The notes: generated by a model from the letters alone, not told the origin. Shown: positions 43,969 to 55,311, counted from the stretch's first letter. The stretch is 64,000 bases of DNA from an uncultured delta proteobacterium (GCA_963789395.1 CAWBKP010000011.1:192001-256000); one strand, 5' to 3'. Numbers and translations are program-made.

Positions 43969-46512
43969 ATGAAGCCGATTAAACGAATTCTGTTATGCGG
44001 AATGCTCACGGTTGCCGTCATAGCGACCGCGACTTTCGCCAAAGCGGAAGTGCAAACCACCGGTGTTCCGGGCTCGCCCGACGCCACAACGACCATCAGC
44101 GGCAAGCAGCTTCCGCCGCCTGATCCGAAATTCGGCGGCGTGATCAAAAACGACGCCCTTCAATCCAAAGCATGGTGGGCGCCGCGTATTGTCCCGCCCA
44201 AGCAGGCCCCCAACATCCTGCTCATCATGACCGATGACTCGGGCTTCGGCGTGCCGAGCACTTTCGGCGGCGTCATCCCGACTCCGACAATGGATCGGCT
44301 TGCGAAAACCGGTCTTCGCTACAACAACATTCACTCCACAGCGCTGTGCTCACCGACGCGCGCAGCCCTGATTACCGGGCGCAACCACCACTCGGCGGGC
44401 TTTGGCGTCATCTCGGAGCAATCCACCGGCTTTCCGGGCTACAACAGCATCATCGCCAAGGACAAGGCCACCATCGGCCGCATCCTCAAGGAAAACGGCT
44501 ATGCCACCTCATGGTTCGGCAAGGATCACAACGTGCCGGCTTTTGCGGCCAGCCAGATCGGACCCTTCGAGAATTGGCCCATCGGGCAGGGCTTCGATTA
44601 TTTCTACGGGTTTGTCGGCGGTGACGCCAACCAGTGGCAGCCGAACCTCTTCCGCAACACCACCCAGATCTATCCGTTCGACGGCAAGCCCGGCTGGAAC
44701 CTGATCACCGGCATGGCCGACGACGCCATTGACTGGCTGAACCGCATTGACCAGACGGCTCCGAGCAAGCCCTTCTTCTGCTACTACGTTCCGGGAGCTA
44801 CGCATGCGCCGCATCACCCGACCAAGGAATGGGTGGACAAGATCCACGACATGCACCTCTTTGACGACGGCTGGAACAAGCTGCGGGAGCGGATCTTCGA
44901 GAATCAGAAACGCCTGGGGGTGATTCCGGCAGACACCAAGCTGGAGCCCTGGCCGACGCATGTCATCAAGAACTGGGATGATTGCACGCCCGAGGAGAAG
45001 AAGCTCTATATCAAGCAGGTGGAAATTTTTGCCGCCTATGAAGCTTACAACGACCATGAAATCGGCCGGGTCATCCAGGCCATCGAGGACATGGGAAAGC
45101 TTGACGACACGCTCATCATCTACATCAACGGCGACAACGGCACCAGCGCCGAAGGCGGCCCGCTCGGCACACCCAACGAAGTCGCGTTCTTCAACGGCGT
45201 TGCCGTGCCTGTCGACGTCCAGATGAAGTGGTACGACGTCTGGGGCACGGAGCAGACCTACAATCACATGTCGGCCGGCTGGTCCTGGGCCTTTGATACG
45301 CCCTTTACCTGGTTCAAGCAGAACGCTTCGAAGCTCGGCGGCATCCGGCAGTGCATGGCGGTCTCCTGGCCCGGCCACATCAAGGACCAGGGCGGTCTCC
45401 GCGAGCAGTTCATGCATGTCATCGACGTAGTGCCTACCCTCCTTGAGGCCTGCGGCATCCCTGCGCCCGAAACCGTGGACGGCATCAAACAAAAACCCAT
45501 AGAAGGCACGAGCTTCGCCTACACGTTTAACGAGAAGAACGCCAAGGAAGCGTCTCGGCACAAGACCCAGTATTTCGAGATGATGGGCCAGTGGGCCCTG
45601 TATCACGAAGGCTGGCTGCTCAGCACCCAGGTGAACCGCGCGCCGTGGGAGGCTTTCGGCGCCGCCAATCCCGACCCGCTCAACAACCAGGTCCTCGAAC
45701 TCTACGACCTGAACAAGGACTTCAGCCAGTCCCAGAATCTGGCCGACAAGTATCCGGAGAAAGTCAAGGAGATGAAGAAGATGTTCATCGCGGAAGGAAA
45801 GAAATATCAGGTCTTTCCGATGGACGCCTCCGTTGCCGCGCGCATCGTGGCCCCGCGTCCGAATATTACCGCCGGACGCACCGAGTTCGTGTACACCCGG
45901 CCCATGGTCGGCCTGCCGCAGGGTGATTCGCCGATGCTGCTTGACGCCTCGTACACCATCACGGCGGACATCACCGTCCCCGATGGCGGCGCCGAAGGCA
46001 TGATCCTGACTTCCGGCGGGCGGTTTGCCGGTTACGGGTTCTATCTGCTTAAAGGCAAGCCGGTGTTTCTCTGGAACCTCATTGACTTGAAGCGCGTCAA
46101 ATGGGAAGGCCCGGATGCGCTCGCACCCGGCAAGCACACGCTGGAATTCGACTTCAAGTATGACGGCCTGGGCCTCGGCACACTCGCGTTCAACAACATG
46201 AGCGGCCTTGGCCGCCCCGGCACCGGCACGCTGAAGGTGGACGGCAAGGAAGTCCAAACCATCACCATGCCGCACACCCTGCCCATGATCCTGCAATGGG
46301 ACGAGAGCTTCGACATCGGCTCCGACACCCTGACCGGCGTCAACGATGAAGACTACAAGCCGCCGTTCCCCCTGACCGCCAAGTTGAACAAACTGACGAT
46401 CAAGGTTGACCGGCCGAAGCTTACCGAGGCGGACATCAAGAAACTCGAAAATACGGAAGCCATCGCGGTTGACGGCAATCCGATTCACCATTTGCAGGGC
46501 GCACCGCAGTAA
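43969..46512 (+). CDS. Arylsulfatase, copy 2
   Basis: [34 protein letters not shown]. Confidence 0.95.
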   Translation: MKPIKRILLCGMLTVAVIATATFAKAEVQTTGVPGSPDATTTISGKQLPPPDPKFGGVIKNDALQSKAWWAPRIVPPKQAPNILLIMTDDSGFGVPSTFGGVIPTPTMDRLAKTGLRYNNIHSTALCSPTRAALITGRNHHSAGFGVISEQSTGFPGYNSIIAKDKATIGRILKENGYATSWFGKDHNVPAFAASQIGPFENWPIGQGFDYFYGFVGGDANQWQPNLFRNTTQIYPFDGKPGWNLITGMADDAIDWLNRIDQTAPSKPFFCYYVPGATHAPHHPTKEWVDKIHDMHLFDDGWNKLRERIFENQKRLGVIPADTKLEPWPTHVIKNWDDCTPEEKKLYIKQVEIFAAYEAYNDHEIGRVIQAIEDMGKLDDTLIIYINGDNGTSAEGGPLGTPNEVAFFNGVAVPVDVQMKWYDVWGTEQTYNHMSAGWSWAFDTPFTWFKQNASKLGGIRQCMAVSWPGHIKDQGGLREQFMHVIDVVPTLLEACGIPAPETVDGIKQKPIEGTSFAYTFNEKNAKEASRHKTQYFEMMGQWALYHEGWLLSTQVNRAPWEAFGAANPDPLNNQVLELYDLNKDFSQSQNLADKYPEKVKEMKKMFIAEGKKYQVFPMDASVAARIVAPRPNITAGRTEFVYTRPMVGLPQGDSPMLLDASYTITADITVPDGGAEGMILTSGGRFAGYGFYLLKGKPVFLWNLIDLKRVKWEGPDALAPGKHTLEFDFKYDGLGLGTLAFNNMSGLGRPGTGTLKVDGKEVQTITMPHTLPMILQWDESFDIGSDTLTGVNDEDYKPPFPLTAKLNKLTIKVDRPKLTEADIKKLENTEAIAVDGNPIHHLQGAPQ

Positions 46513-46557
46513 TTCACCCCAACAGCATGGGCAGTGACTTTGTTCGGTTGTAAACCG

Positions 46558-46593
46558 CGCGGGCCGCCCGGAATTCGTTCCGGGCGGCCCGCG
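46558..46593 (+). other. GC-rich 16-bp stem with UUCG loop between sulfatase 2 and the DUF1254 gene
   Basis: cgcgggccgcccggaa-ttcg-ttccgggcggcccgcg; no U-tract. Confidence 0.6.
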
Positions 46594-46637
46594 GCTTACA
46601 CGGCCGCGACAACACCGAATAAGGAGGCAAGACAGAA

Positions 46638-48162
46638 ATGAAACAGAAGGCTTTTGCAAAGGCGCTGGCGATTGTCGGTGCCGCCTCGCTGCTCTTTGGT
46701 TGTGCAACCGCCACACCGATGGCAAAACAATACAAAATGACCACGGCCATCGCGCCCGGCGTCATGGTGCCGGACAAGGTCGAAACATCCATCGGTACCC
46801 TAAACCTGAACTATGGCTATCCCGATGACGCGACCACGCAGAAAGTCTATGACAACCTGGATGCCTCGCGTGCGCTGCAGGCCTATTTGCTGGCAATCCC
46901 GATTGTGAATCAGGTCGGCATGCGTGACTCACGCTCCGAAAGTTCGGACCGGCACAACCAGACGAATGTGATCTGGGAAGACCTCGTGGATTCAAAAACC
47001 GTGGAACTGACGGCGAACGACAACACCATCTACAGCTTCATCTGGCTGGATACCAAAAAGGGACCGCTGGTCGTGGAAGTTCCCCCCATGGTCCTGGGTC
47101 TCATCGATGACTTCTGGTATCACTGGGTTGCCGACATCGGTATCACTGGCGCAGACCATGGCAAAGGCGGCAAGTATCTTATTCTGCCCCCGGGCTACAC
47201 CGGCAAAGTGCCCGAAGGGTATTTCGTTGTGCGTCCGAGCACCTACGGCAACTGGATGCCATTCCGCTCCTTTCTCGTCGATGGCTCAACCAAACCCGGC
47301 GTTGAGGCGGTCAGAAAATACCTGAAGATCTATCAGCTCTCCGATGCGGCCAATCCTCCCGCGATAAAGCTCGTCAATGCCTCCGGCATTCCTTCGAACT
47401 TTGTCCCTCCCGGCGACTACGCCTTCTGGAGTCTCCTGAACGAAGCCATTCAGGAAGAACCCAGCGCAGGGAAGCGATCCCACCACGCTGGGTCTGTTTG
47501 CCTCCATCGGTATCGAAAAAGGCAAGCCCTTCAATCCCGATGCGCGAATGAAAAAGATTCTGACGGACGCTGCGAATATCGGCGCTGTGACCGCGCGGGC
47601 GATCGCCTTCAGAATTCGCGACAAGGGCGCCTTCTTCTATCCGGACAGCCCATGGCGTCTGCCCTTCTTCGGTGGATACAAATTCGAGGTGTCACCCGGC
47701 GTGGCCAATCTGGACGGAGCTGCCTTCTTTTATTATTTCGCCACCGGCGTCACACCGGCCATGGCGGAGAAAATGGTCGGCAAAGGTTCGCAATATCCCT
47801 GGTGTGCACAGGATGCGGACGGCAACCCGTTCGAGGGCGGAAAAAACTACAAGCTGCACCTGCCACCGAATATTCCGGTGAAAGACTTCTGGTCTGTCAT
47901 CGTCTATGACAACCAGACGCGCTCGATGGTTCAGACCGATCAGCGGTTCCCCAGCCTCAGCAGCCAGAACAAGGGCCTGCTCGTCAACACGGACGGCTCG
48001 GTCGATGTCTATTTCGGCCCCAACGCGCCCGCAGGCAAGGAAAACAACTGGGTGCAGACGATTCCCGGCAAGGGCTGGTTCATGATCCTGCGGCTCTACG
48101 GTCCGCTTGATCCCTGGTTCGACAAGACCTGGCGTCCCGGCGATATCGAACTGGTGAACTGA
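46638..48162 (+). CDS. DUF1254/DUF1214 lipoprotein; frameshift ~47470
   Basis: LTANDNTIYS, GPLVVEVPP, DHGKGGKYLILPP, FWSVIVYD, NTDGSVDVYFGP, NWVQTIPGKGWFMILRLYGP. Confidence 0.9.
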
Positions 48163-48205
48163 ACACGATAGCCGGAACCAGCAGATGATTTTGCCGATAA
48201 CATAG

Positions 48206-48345
48206 ATCCCCCCACTTTGGAAAGGCCAGGGGGATTCCGGAGGTCCCACTCAAAAATCCCCCTCGATCCCCCTTTTCAAAGGGGGAAGGTGTTATTGTCA
48301 TTTCAAAGGGGGATGGTTTTATAGTCGTTTCAAATGGGGAAGGAG
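48206..48345. repeat. CCCCCTT/AAGGGGG element followed by three 27-bp imperfect tandem repeats
   Basis: tttcaaagggggaagg at 48274, tttcaaagggggatgg at 48301, tttcaaatggggaagg at 48328. Confidence 0.7.
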
Positions 48346-48418
48346 TTATTCTCTTTGACGGGAAGCCCTGAATTCATGGATGGCAGCGATCTTATCGACT
48401 TTTACCAAGGAGAAATTC

Positions 48419-49237
48419 ATGACCAGCACCTTTAAGACACGCAAGCTGGCTGTCGTTGCCGCGCTGTTTGCCGTGGTGTTTCTCGTCGCCAGGCCCGCGC
48501 ATGCGGAAATGAGCGCCGAGGAACTGGCGAAACTCGCACAGAATCCGGTGGGCAACCTGATCAGCGTGCCGTTCCAGAACAACACCAACTATCACGTTGG
48601 ACCGCAGGATCGCACGCAGAACATCCTGAACATCCAGCCGGTTATTCCGATCCATATCACCAGCGAGTGGAACATCATCACCCGCACCATTTTACCGGTG
48701 ATCTCTCAGCCTGCCCCTTATGATGACCGGACCAACGGCATCGGGGATACCGTTTTCACAGCCTTTCTTTCTCCCGCCAACCCCGGGGAGTGGATCTGGG
48801 GCGCCGGGCCGGTTGTGCAGATTCCCACCAACAGCGACGACTACCTCGGCAACCGGAACTGGGGAGTCGGCCCATCGGCTGTCGTGCTTCACCTGAGCAA
48901 AGGCGACCCCTGGGTCTACGGGGTTCTGGCCAACAACATCTGGTCGGTCTCCGACAGCAACCAGGGCGGCTCCTACAACACCGGCCTGATACAGCCATTT
49001 CTCAATTACAACTTCTCGAATTTCTATCTCACCAGCGCCCCCATTGCCACCGTCAACTGGCAAGCCGACAGCGGACAGCAGTGGACGCTGCCTCTGGGTG
49101 GCGGCATCGGCAAGATATTCCACTTCGGCAAGCTGCCGGTCAACATGCAACTGTCGACCTACTACAACGTCGTCACGCCGGATGACGGCCCGGACTGGCA
49201 GATTCGCGCCCAGGTGCAGTTCATGTTTCCGAAGTAA
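48419..49237 (+). CDS. Putative outer-membrane beta-barrel / transporter (family often mis-annotated 'neuromedin U')
   Basis: ELAKLAQNPVGNLISVPFQNN, LNIQPVIP, RTILP, PLGGGIGK, C-terminal FMFPK. Confidence 0.75.
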   Translation: MTSTFKTRKLAVVAALFAVVFLVARPAHAEMSAEELAKLAQNPVGNLISVPFQNNTNYHVGPQDRTQNILNIQPVIPIHITSEWNIITRTILPVISQPAPYDDRTNGIGDTVFTAFLSPANPGEWIWGAGPVVQIPTNSDDYLGNRNWGVGPSAVVLHLSKGDPWVYGVLANNIWSVSDSNQGGSYNTGLIQPFLNYNFSNFYLTSAPIATVNWQADSGQQWTLPLGGGIGKIFHFGKLPVNMQLSTYYNVVTPDDGPDWQIRAQVQFMFPK

Positions 49238-49249
49238 AAAGGTAAATAC

Positions 49250-49441
49250 TCATGTATCCAGAATTCAGGAGCCAGGAGTCAGAATGGCTCGCATGTTAGC
49301 TTTGTACAATATACCGACTTCTTTAATCAAGCGGGTTAGCTCAGAAACATCGCCTCTTCGAGGGACCTTGGGCAATATCGAAAAAACGGATTTGCCGGGT
49401 TCCTTATTCCGGCTCCTGAATTCTGACTCCTGAATACCTGA
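49250..49441. repeat. Heptad inverted-repeat element (family B), second copy
   Basis: tcatgtatccagaattcaggagccaggagtcagaatg ... attccggctcctgaattctgactcctgaatacctga; interior homologous to the 43724 copy. Confidence 0.75.
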
Positions 49442-49449
49442 CTAATTCC

Positions 49450-50094
49450 TCAGTTCTGCCGGATCGGGTTAATGACAATATTCACGCGCCGATTCATGGC
49501 ATCGCTGGATGAGATCGGTTGTGATTCGCCGAAACCGATTGCGTCAATGCGTCCGGGATCCACGCCACGCTGGACCAGGGCATTTTTACTGCCAAAGCCC
49601 GCTGCTGGGACAGTTGCATATTATATTGTTCGCTCCCCTTTGAATCCGTATGCCCCTCAACCCGAATCGTGGTCTGGGGATAATTGTTGAGCACGTTCGC
49701 AATGCGGTTCAGTTCGCTGTAAGCGCCGGGTTTGAGTTGTGCGGAATTGAAATCAAAGAAAACATCGCTCTTGAAGGTGGCGGTCAGCACATCCTGCTCG
49801 CGACTGACGCTGGCAGCCTCGGATTGGCCAACGGCAGTAGCGCAGGTCTTGTTCCTGCCGGTCCATGTAAGCCCCAATCTGGTTGCCGGCCATGCCGCCT
49901 AGAACCGCACCGATGCCTGCGCCCACCAAGGTGCTTTTGGTGTTGTGGCCGATCGCCTGCCCCAGAATTGCACCCACACCGGCCCCGGTAGCTGCCCCGA
50001 TGCCTGTCCCTGTTTCCTGCCTGGTCGCACCCGCGCACGCAGTCAGCATTGCGGCCAGCGCGACTATGATGGTCAATCGAATCAGTTGTTTCAT
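49450..50094 (-). CDS. OmpA-family glycine-zipper lipoprotein (YiaD-like); frameshifted
   Basis: LTAC lipobox, glycine zipper, YMDRQE, FDFNSA, VEGHTDSKGSEQYNMQLSQQRA, NRRV. Confidence 0.85.
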
Positions 50095-50537
50095 AAAAAC
50101 TCCTTTATCAGTTTGGTGTTAATGTAAACTCCGGGCAAGCAGCATTCCGTTTCGTCATCGACAACCCTGAAGCACATCCACGGCTCCCATGACTGTCAAT
50201 CATATTGCACGTGTAAGCAAAATTGCAACTAGTGTCAAATCCGCTATGCCTGTATAATATAAAACAAGAAATCAGGTCTTGCAATGGCGCATCTTTCCCG
50301 GTGAAGGAAAAGGATGCATGAGCTAACAATCGGGAAGGTGGATGGACTCAAGGAATGAAACACAATGTGCAGAATGAAAAACGCGGTATCTGCCGTACTG
50401 CATAAAAGACATCAAGGCGTCGTTTTCATGATTGCGACATGCCGGTTAGTAATCGCAGATTCGATTGCAACCCGCGCGGACCGCTTTCTAAAAATGCGGC
50501 CCGCGCGTTTCAGATGGTTATAAGACGCGTTACCCGA

Positions 50538-53048
50538 CTAATCTTTGGCTTTGGCGATTGCTTCCGCTGCTTGCTGAAGGTGCGGGACATCCCCTTCGGC
50601 CATCTGCGCACGGGCCAAGATCGTAGGTCAGCTTGTTGATCTTGCCGGTGAACTTGAACGGGCAGTCGTAGTGATACTCGATGAGCGAAACCGGCGTGCC
50701 GGTATCCAGGCCGACGTCAAAGGTCTCGTCCCACTGGAAGATGAACGGCACGGTGTGCTCCATGGACTTTTTGTCCACTTCCTTGCCGTCCACGTACAGC
50801 ACGCCGGTGCCGCCTTTGCCGAAGCCGCCGCCGTCAAATTTGAAGTCAAATTTGATCGTGTGTTTGCCGGCCTTGAGTTCCGGGCCTTCCCAGGCAGTGC
50901 GCTTCAGATCGAGCAGGTTGTAGAGAAACACCGGCTTTCCCCGGCCGATTCCCATTTCGCCTTTGCTCAGGAACAAGTCCGTAGCCGGCGAACCGGCCGC
51001 CGTCGGTGACGATCATGCCCTCTGCGCCGCCTTCCGGAATTTCGACCTCGGCGGTAATGGTGTACGACCTTTCCAGGATATTCGGGGCGGAGCCTTGCGG
51101 GATGCCGCTGACCTCACCCGAGTACGTGAATGTGGTGCGCCCGGCCGCCGTGCTCGGACGCGGTGTGAGCAAGCGCGTGAGCGTCGAGTTGTCGAGCGGC
51201 AGCACATTGTATTTCTTTGCTTCAGCAAGGAAGATATCCTGCATCTCCTTGAGCTTGTCCGGCATCTTGGCCGCCAGATCGTTGTTTTCCGTGTAGTCGG
51301 ACTTAATGTCGTAAAGTTCCCAGCTTGTATCCGGTGATCACGTCGGGCACGGTCGGCGTCATGTGCCACGGAAAGGTCACGGGGGTGGTCGCGGCAATCC
51401 AGCCGTCGTGATAGATCGCGCGATTGCCCAGGATCTCGAAATACTGCGTGGTGCGCTGGGACGGCGCATGGCGTTGGCTTTGTCCCAGGTGTACACCATG
51501 CTCACGCCTTCGATGGGATGCTGCTTGATGCCATTGATCGTGTCGGGCGCGGGAATGCCGGCAGCCTCCAGGATCGTCGGCACGATATCGATCACGTGAT
51601 GGAATTGCGTGCGGATGCCGCCCACGTCCTTGATGTGGCCGGGCCAGGACATGCAGATGCCCTGACGCGTCCCGCCGAAATGCGATGCGACCTGCTTGGT
51701 CCACTTGAACGGCGTGTCAAACGCCCAGGCCCAGGCCACCGCCATGTGCGGATAGGTCTGGTCCGAACCCCAGAACTCGTACCAGAGGAACTGATCCTTG
51801 ACCGGCATGGTGACGCCATTGAACGGGGCCAATTCGTTGGGCGTGCCGTTGAGCGTGCCCTCGGCGCTGGCGCCGTTGTCGCCGCTGATGTAGATGATCA
51901 GCGTGTTGTCCAGCTTGCCCATGTCCTCGACCGCCTGAATCACCCGGCCGATCTCATGGTCGGTGTAGGCGAGATACGCCGCGATAGACATCCACCTGGC
52001 TTGGTGAAGAGTTTCTTCTCCTCCCAGCTCAGCGACTCCCACTCCGGCAGTTCCTTCGGCCACGGGGTCAGCTTCGCATCCTGCGGGAATGACGCCGAGC
52101 CTTTTCTGGTTGTCGAAGATCGTCTCGCGCAGTTTATTCCAGCCCGTTGTCGAACAGGTGCATATCGCTGATCTTCTTGATCCACTCCTTGGTCGGATGA
52201 TGCGGCGCATGCGTGCCGCCGGGCACGTAATAGACCAGGAACGGTTTTTCGGGCGCGATCTGCGTTGAGCTGCTTCATGTAGCTGGATGGCGTCATCGGC
52301 CATGGCCGTGGTCAGATTCCAGTCCGGATTGCCCGAAGTACGGATAGATGGCCGTGGTGTTGCGGAACAGGTTCGGCTGCCACTGGCTGGTGTCGCCGCC
52401 GACGAAGCCGTAGAAATACTCAAAGCCCATGCCGGTCGGCCATTGGTCGAACGGCCCGGCCTGACTCGCCGACAAACGCCGGCGTGTTGTGGTTCTTGCC
52501 GAACCACGAGGTGGCGTAGCCATTTCCCTTCAGGATTTCGCCGATCGTGCCGTGGCTCCTTCTTGATGATCGAGTCGTAGCCCGGAAACCCGTGGCAATC
52601 TCGGAGACGACGCCAAAGCCGGACGAGTGGTGGTTTCGTCCGGTGATCAGCGCCGCGCGCGTCGGCGAGCACAGCGCTGTGGAATGGAACTGGGTATAAC
52701 GCAGCCCGGTCTTCGCGATACGGTCCAGAGCCGGTGTCGGGATCACGCCGCCGAAAGTGCTCGGCGCGCTGAAGCCGACAGTCATCGGTCATGATGAGCA
52801 GCACGTTGGGCGCGCCCTTCGGCGGGACGAATCGTCGGCGGCCACCACGGTTTGGAATCCGTCGCCTTCTCCTTGATCACACCGCCGAAAGGCGGATCGG
52901 GCGGCGGGAGCTGTTTGCCGCTGATGGTGGTCGTAGCGCTGGGCGAACCCGGCACGCCGGTGACCTGCTGGGCCGTGACCGGCAGGCCCGCCAGAGCGAT
53001 AGCCAGAAAAACACCGATTGCAGCCTGAAAATGAAACCTTGTTTTCAT
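50538..53048 (-). CDS. Arylsulfatase, copy 3; heavily frameshifted (error-rich or pseudogene)
   Basis: [47 protein letters not shown] distributed over many frames. Confidence 0.85.
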
Positions 53049-53184
53049 GAGAGGTTCTCCTTAATCTGTAGAGAATTATGTTACCGCTAATGGCAACTCA
53101 GCGGCGGCGCACGAGCGTCGTCTCAAGTATCCTGCAATGGTTAACCGGACTGCAGTGTTTTTCTAAAGCCCCCCTGCGGGATCC

Positions 53185-53888
53185 TCAGGGCGTAGGCACC
53201 ACGACATAGTAGACGCCGTTGGCGCCGTAGGACGGCTTGAACCAGGTGTTGCCGCACAGATAATAGGTTGTGCCCTGGATGCTGGGCGCGGCGCAGCCTG
53301 CGGGCAGCGTGGCATAGATCGCGCCCATGGTATATACCCCGGCGCTGCCGGCGGCAACTCCGCGGAGTATGCGGCAGAGGTGTTGGCACTGCCGGCGGCA
53401 ACACCTGCGCTGTAGGCGCTGGATGTCGCCGCTGCGGTGTTTGACGAGGCAATGGCCGCGCCTGTGACCAGACCGACCGCGGCTCCTGCGGCTGCTGCCC
53501 CTGCGGTGGACCAGCCCCCGCAGTTATAGCACCCGGAACCATAGTAATTCACGGTGGCGGGCGGATGGTACGCAGGATACGCTCCGGGCGGATGGTAGTA
53601 CGCTCCCCCATAGTGGGCGTTGCCGTAAGCCGTTCCGCCATAGGCGCCGGTCTTTGACCAGCCGCCGCCATAGGCATGGGATGCGCTGCCGCCGTATACA
53701 TTGGTATGGGAAGTGCCTTCCCCATAGGTGTGAGACGTGCTGGTGCCCCACGCGCTGGTATGGCTTGTGGATCCATAGCTGTGCGACGTACTGCCGCCAT
53801 ATCTGTTGGCGTGCCCCCAGCCTGCCGCCGGTCCGCTCGGAACCGCTGCGAGTGCAAGCGCCACAAGGCAAATCAAGATCGTTTTCAT
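53185..53888 (-). CDS. Exported Gly/Tyr/Ser-rich protein with glycine zipper (DUF6515-like C-terminus); frameshifted
   Basis: Signal peptide; repeated (YG)GSTSH units; GAAAAGAAVGLVTGAAI; C-terminus YLCGNTWFKPSYGANGVYYVVVPTP. Confidence 0.65.
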
Positions 53889-53901
53889 GATGTGCTCCTC
53901 C

Positions 53902-54796
53902 TTACTTGGTTTTGCCCGTGGTTTTGGACGGTTTGCTCTTTGCAGGGGGGCTATCTGCCGGTCGTTTTGCATCCGGACGGGCAAAGGGCATGGGGTGTGC
54001 GCTGCCTGCACTTGCCGAAGCAAAGGCGTTCTCAGAGACAGCCGCATCGAGCTGCCAGTTGGACAGCTCCAGGTCATGGCGAAGATGCGCCAGGTCATTT
54101 CGGTATACCCCGCGTATTCTCCGGGGCAGTTTGTCCTCTGCGCCGATCCATATCTGTATGAACACGTCGTTGTTGGCAAAAGCCACCATGTCGGTGGTCG
54201 TGCCGCCGACGATCTGGGACTGGCCGATATAAAAGGCAAGGATCATCCCTTCGGACAGATCCTTGTAAGGGTCGGCCACTATCACGTCCGCGAACGGAAA
54301 ATAGATCGCCGCAGTGTCAAAGGCCGACCTTCAGCGCCGCATCGATCGTGGGCGGTGCTTCTGCAACGGCGACCAGGTTCTCGGCCGGGGCAAAGGCCGT
54401 CATGGTTTTGCCGTTATAGTAGAACTCCGAAGCCGGACCGTCTCCGGGGGTGATCACCCGCAGCTTGTCGGGCCGCTGCAGGGTGACTTCGGACTGCGTC
54501 GTGTAGACAAGGGGCGGGCCAAGAAGGCTCGGGCTCTCGTAGGAGACCACGGCCGTAAAGCCCATCGTGCGGGCGGCGGCAAGGCGGCTGCAGGAGGCCT
54601 TTAGAATGTCGATGGCCTTGGGTTCTATAACAAGCTGGACCTCGGGCGGCGCCTCAACCTTGCTTTGCGATTTGGCGGGCTTGGATGCCTTCGGTGCTTT
54701 TGGAGACTGCTGGGCATTTGCGTTGGCGGTCAGAAAAGCGACCAGCACGAGCGCGCCAAACAGCGCACGCCCGAGCGCCAGGATCCGATGCATCAC
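53902..54796 (-). CDS. DUF2092 family periplasmic protein; frameshift ~54325
   Basis: LQRPDKLRV..PGDG..EFYYNGKT, APPTIDAAL, QIWIGAEDKLPR. Confidence 0.85.
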
Positions 54797-54841
54797 TGCC
54801 CCCGTGCAGGGGATGCAATTGGGTTCCTCCGCAGGGGCCGC

Positions 54842-55129
54842 TCATGGCAGCAACCCGCATTCAAACATTTTGTTTGCAATGGGGGCTGCGACTTTGTTGA
54901 TGAATGCCTGGCGCATCTGAGGGTCATTCTGCAGCATCTGAATGGCTCTCTGCTCCATTTCCGATTCAGGCTGGCCTTTCTTTTTCCACAGCTGCTCGCA
55001 GCTCGACTGCTGATACTTCTGGATGACTTTGTTGGCGATCATATCCATCAGGGGGTAATCCTGGGCACCTGCCACGCCTGCGCAAAACAACACCAATACC
55101 ACTGCAATCACATAAATATTTCTCTTCAT
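54842..55129 (-). CDS. Small exported helical protein with two cysteines
   Basis: AGGAG RBS, signal peptide, KYQQSSCEQLW ... PIANKMFECG. Confidence 0.75.
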   Translation of the reverse strand: MKRNIYVIAVVLVLFCAGVAGAQDYPLMDMIANKVIQKYQQSSCEQLWKKKGQPESEMEQRAIQMLQNDPQMRQAFINKVAAPIANKMFECGLLP

Positions 55130-55210
55130 GTCCGTCTCCTTTCTGAAACTGGCTATAAAATTGTAACCGTCTTCCGATTGCGTTCGATGCGGCGACCTGA
55201 TATGAAGAAT

Positions 55211-55226
55211 TGCGAAATTCATACCA
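55211..55226 (-). promoter_or_regulatory. Sigma54 promoter (identical to 57679-57694)
   Basis: TGGTATGAATTTCGCA, GG-N10-GC, about 80 bp upstream of the 55129 start. Confidence 0.7.
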
Positions 55227-55311
55227 ATACAACTATCCTGTTCGCTTAATCCTGTATGCCACTATAAATTAAGAAGATATCCGCCGAAAACGGGGCGGTC
55301 TATGCAACCTG

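Noticed and set aside
44509..46725. 738-aa antisense ORF and similar long shadow ORFs
   Set aside because: They lie opposite well-supported GC-rich genes and have no recognisable motifs; expected from codon bias.
48274..48345. Possible mini CRISPR array
   Set aside because: The 27-bp period leaves only ~11-bp spacers that resemble each other, and there are no cas genes; this is a tandem repeat.
53087..53146. Degenerate integron attC-like site (gctaat...cagcggcggcgc...ggttaac)
   Set aside because: Core sites and stem pairing are poor, and there is no integrase or regular cassette array.
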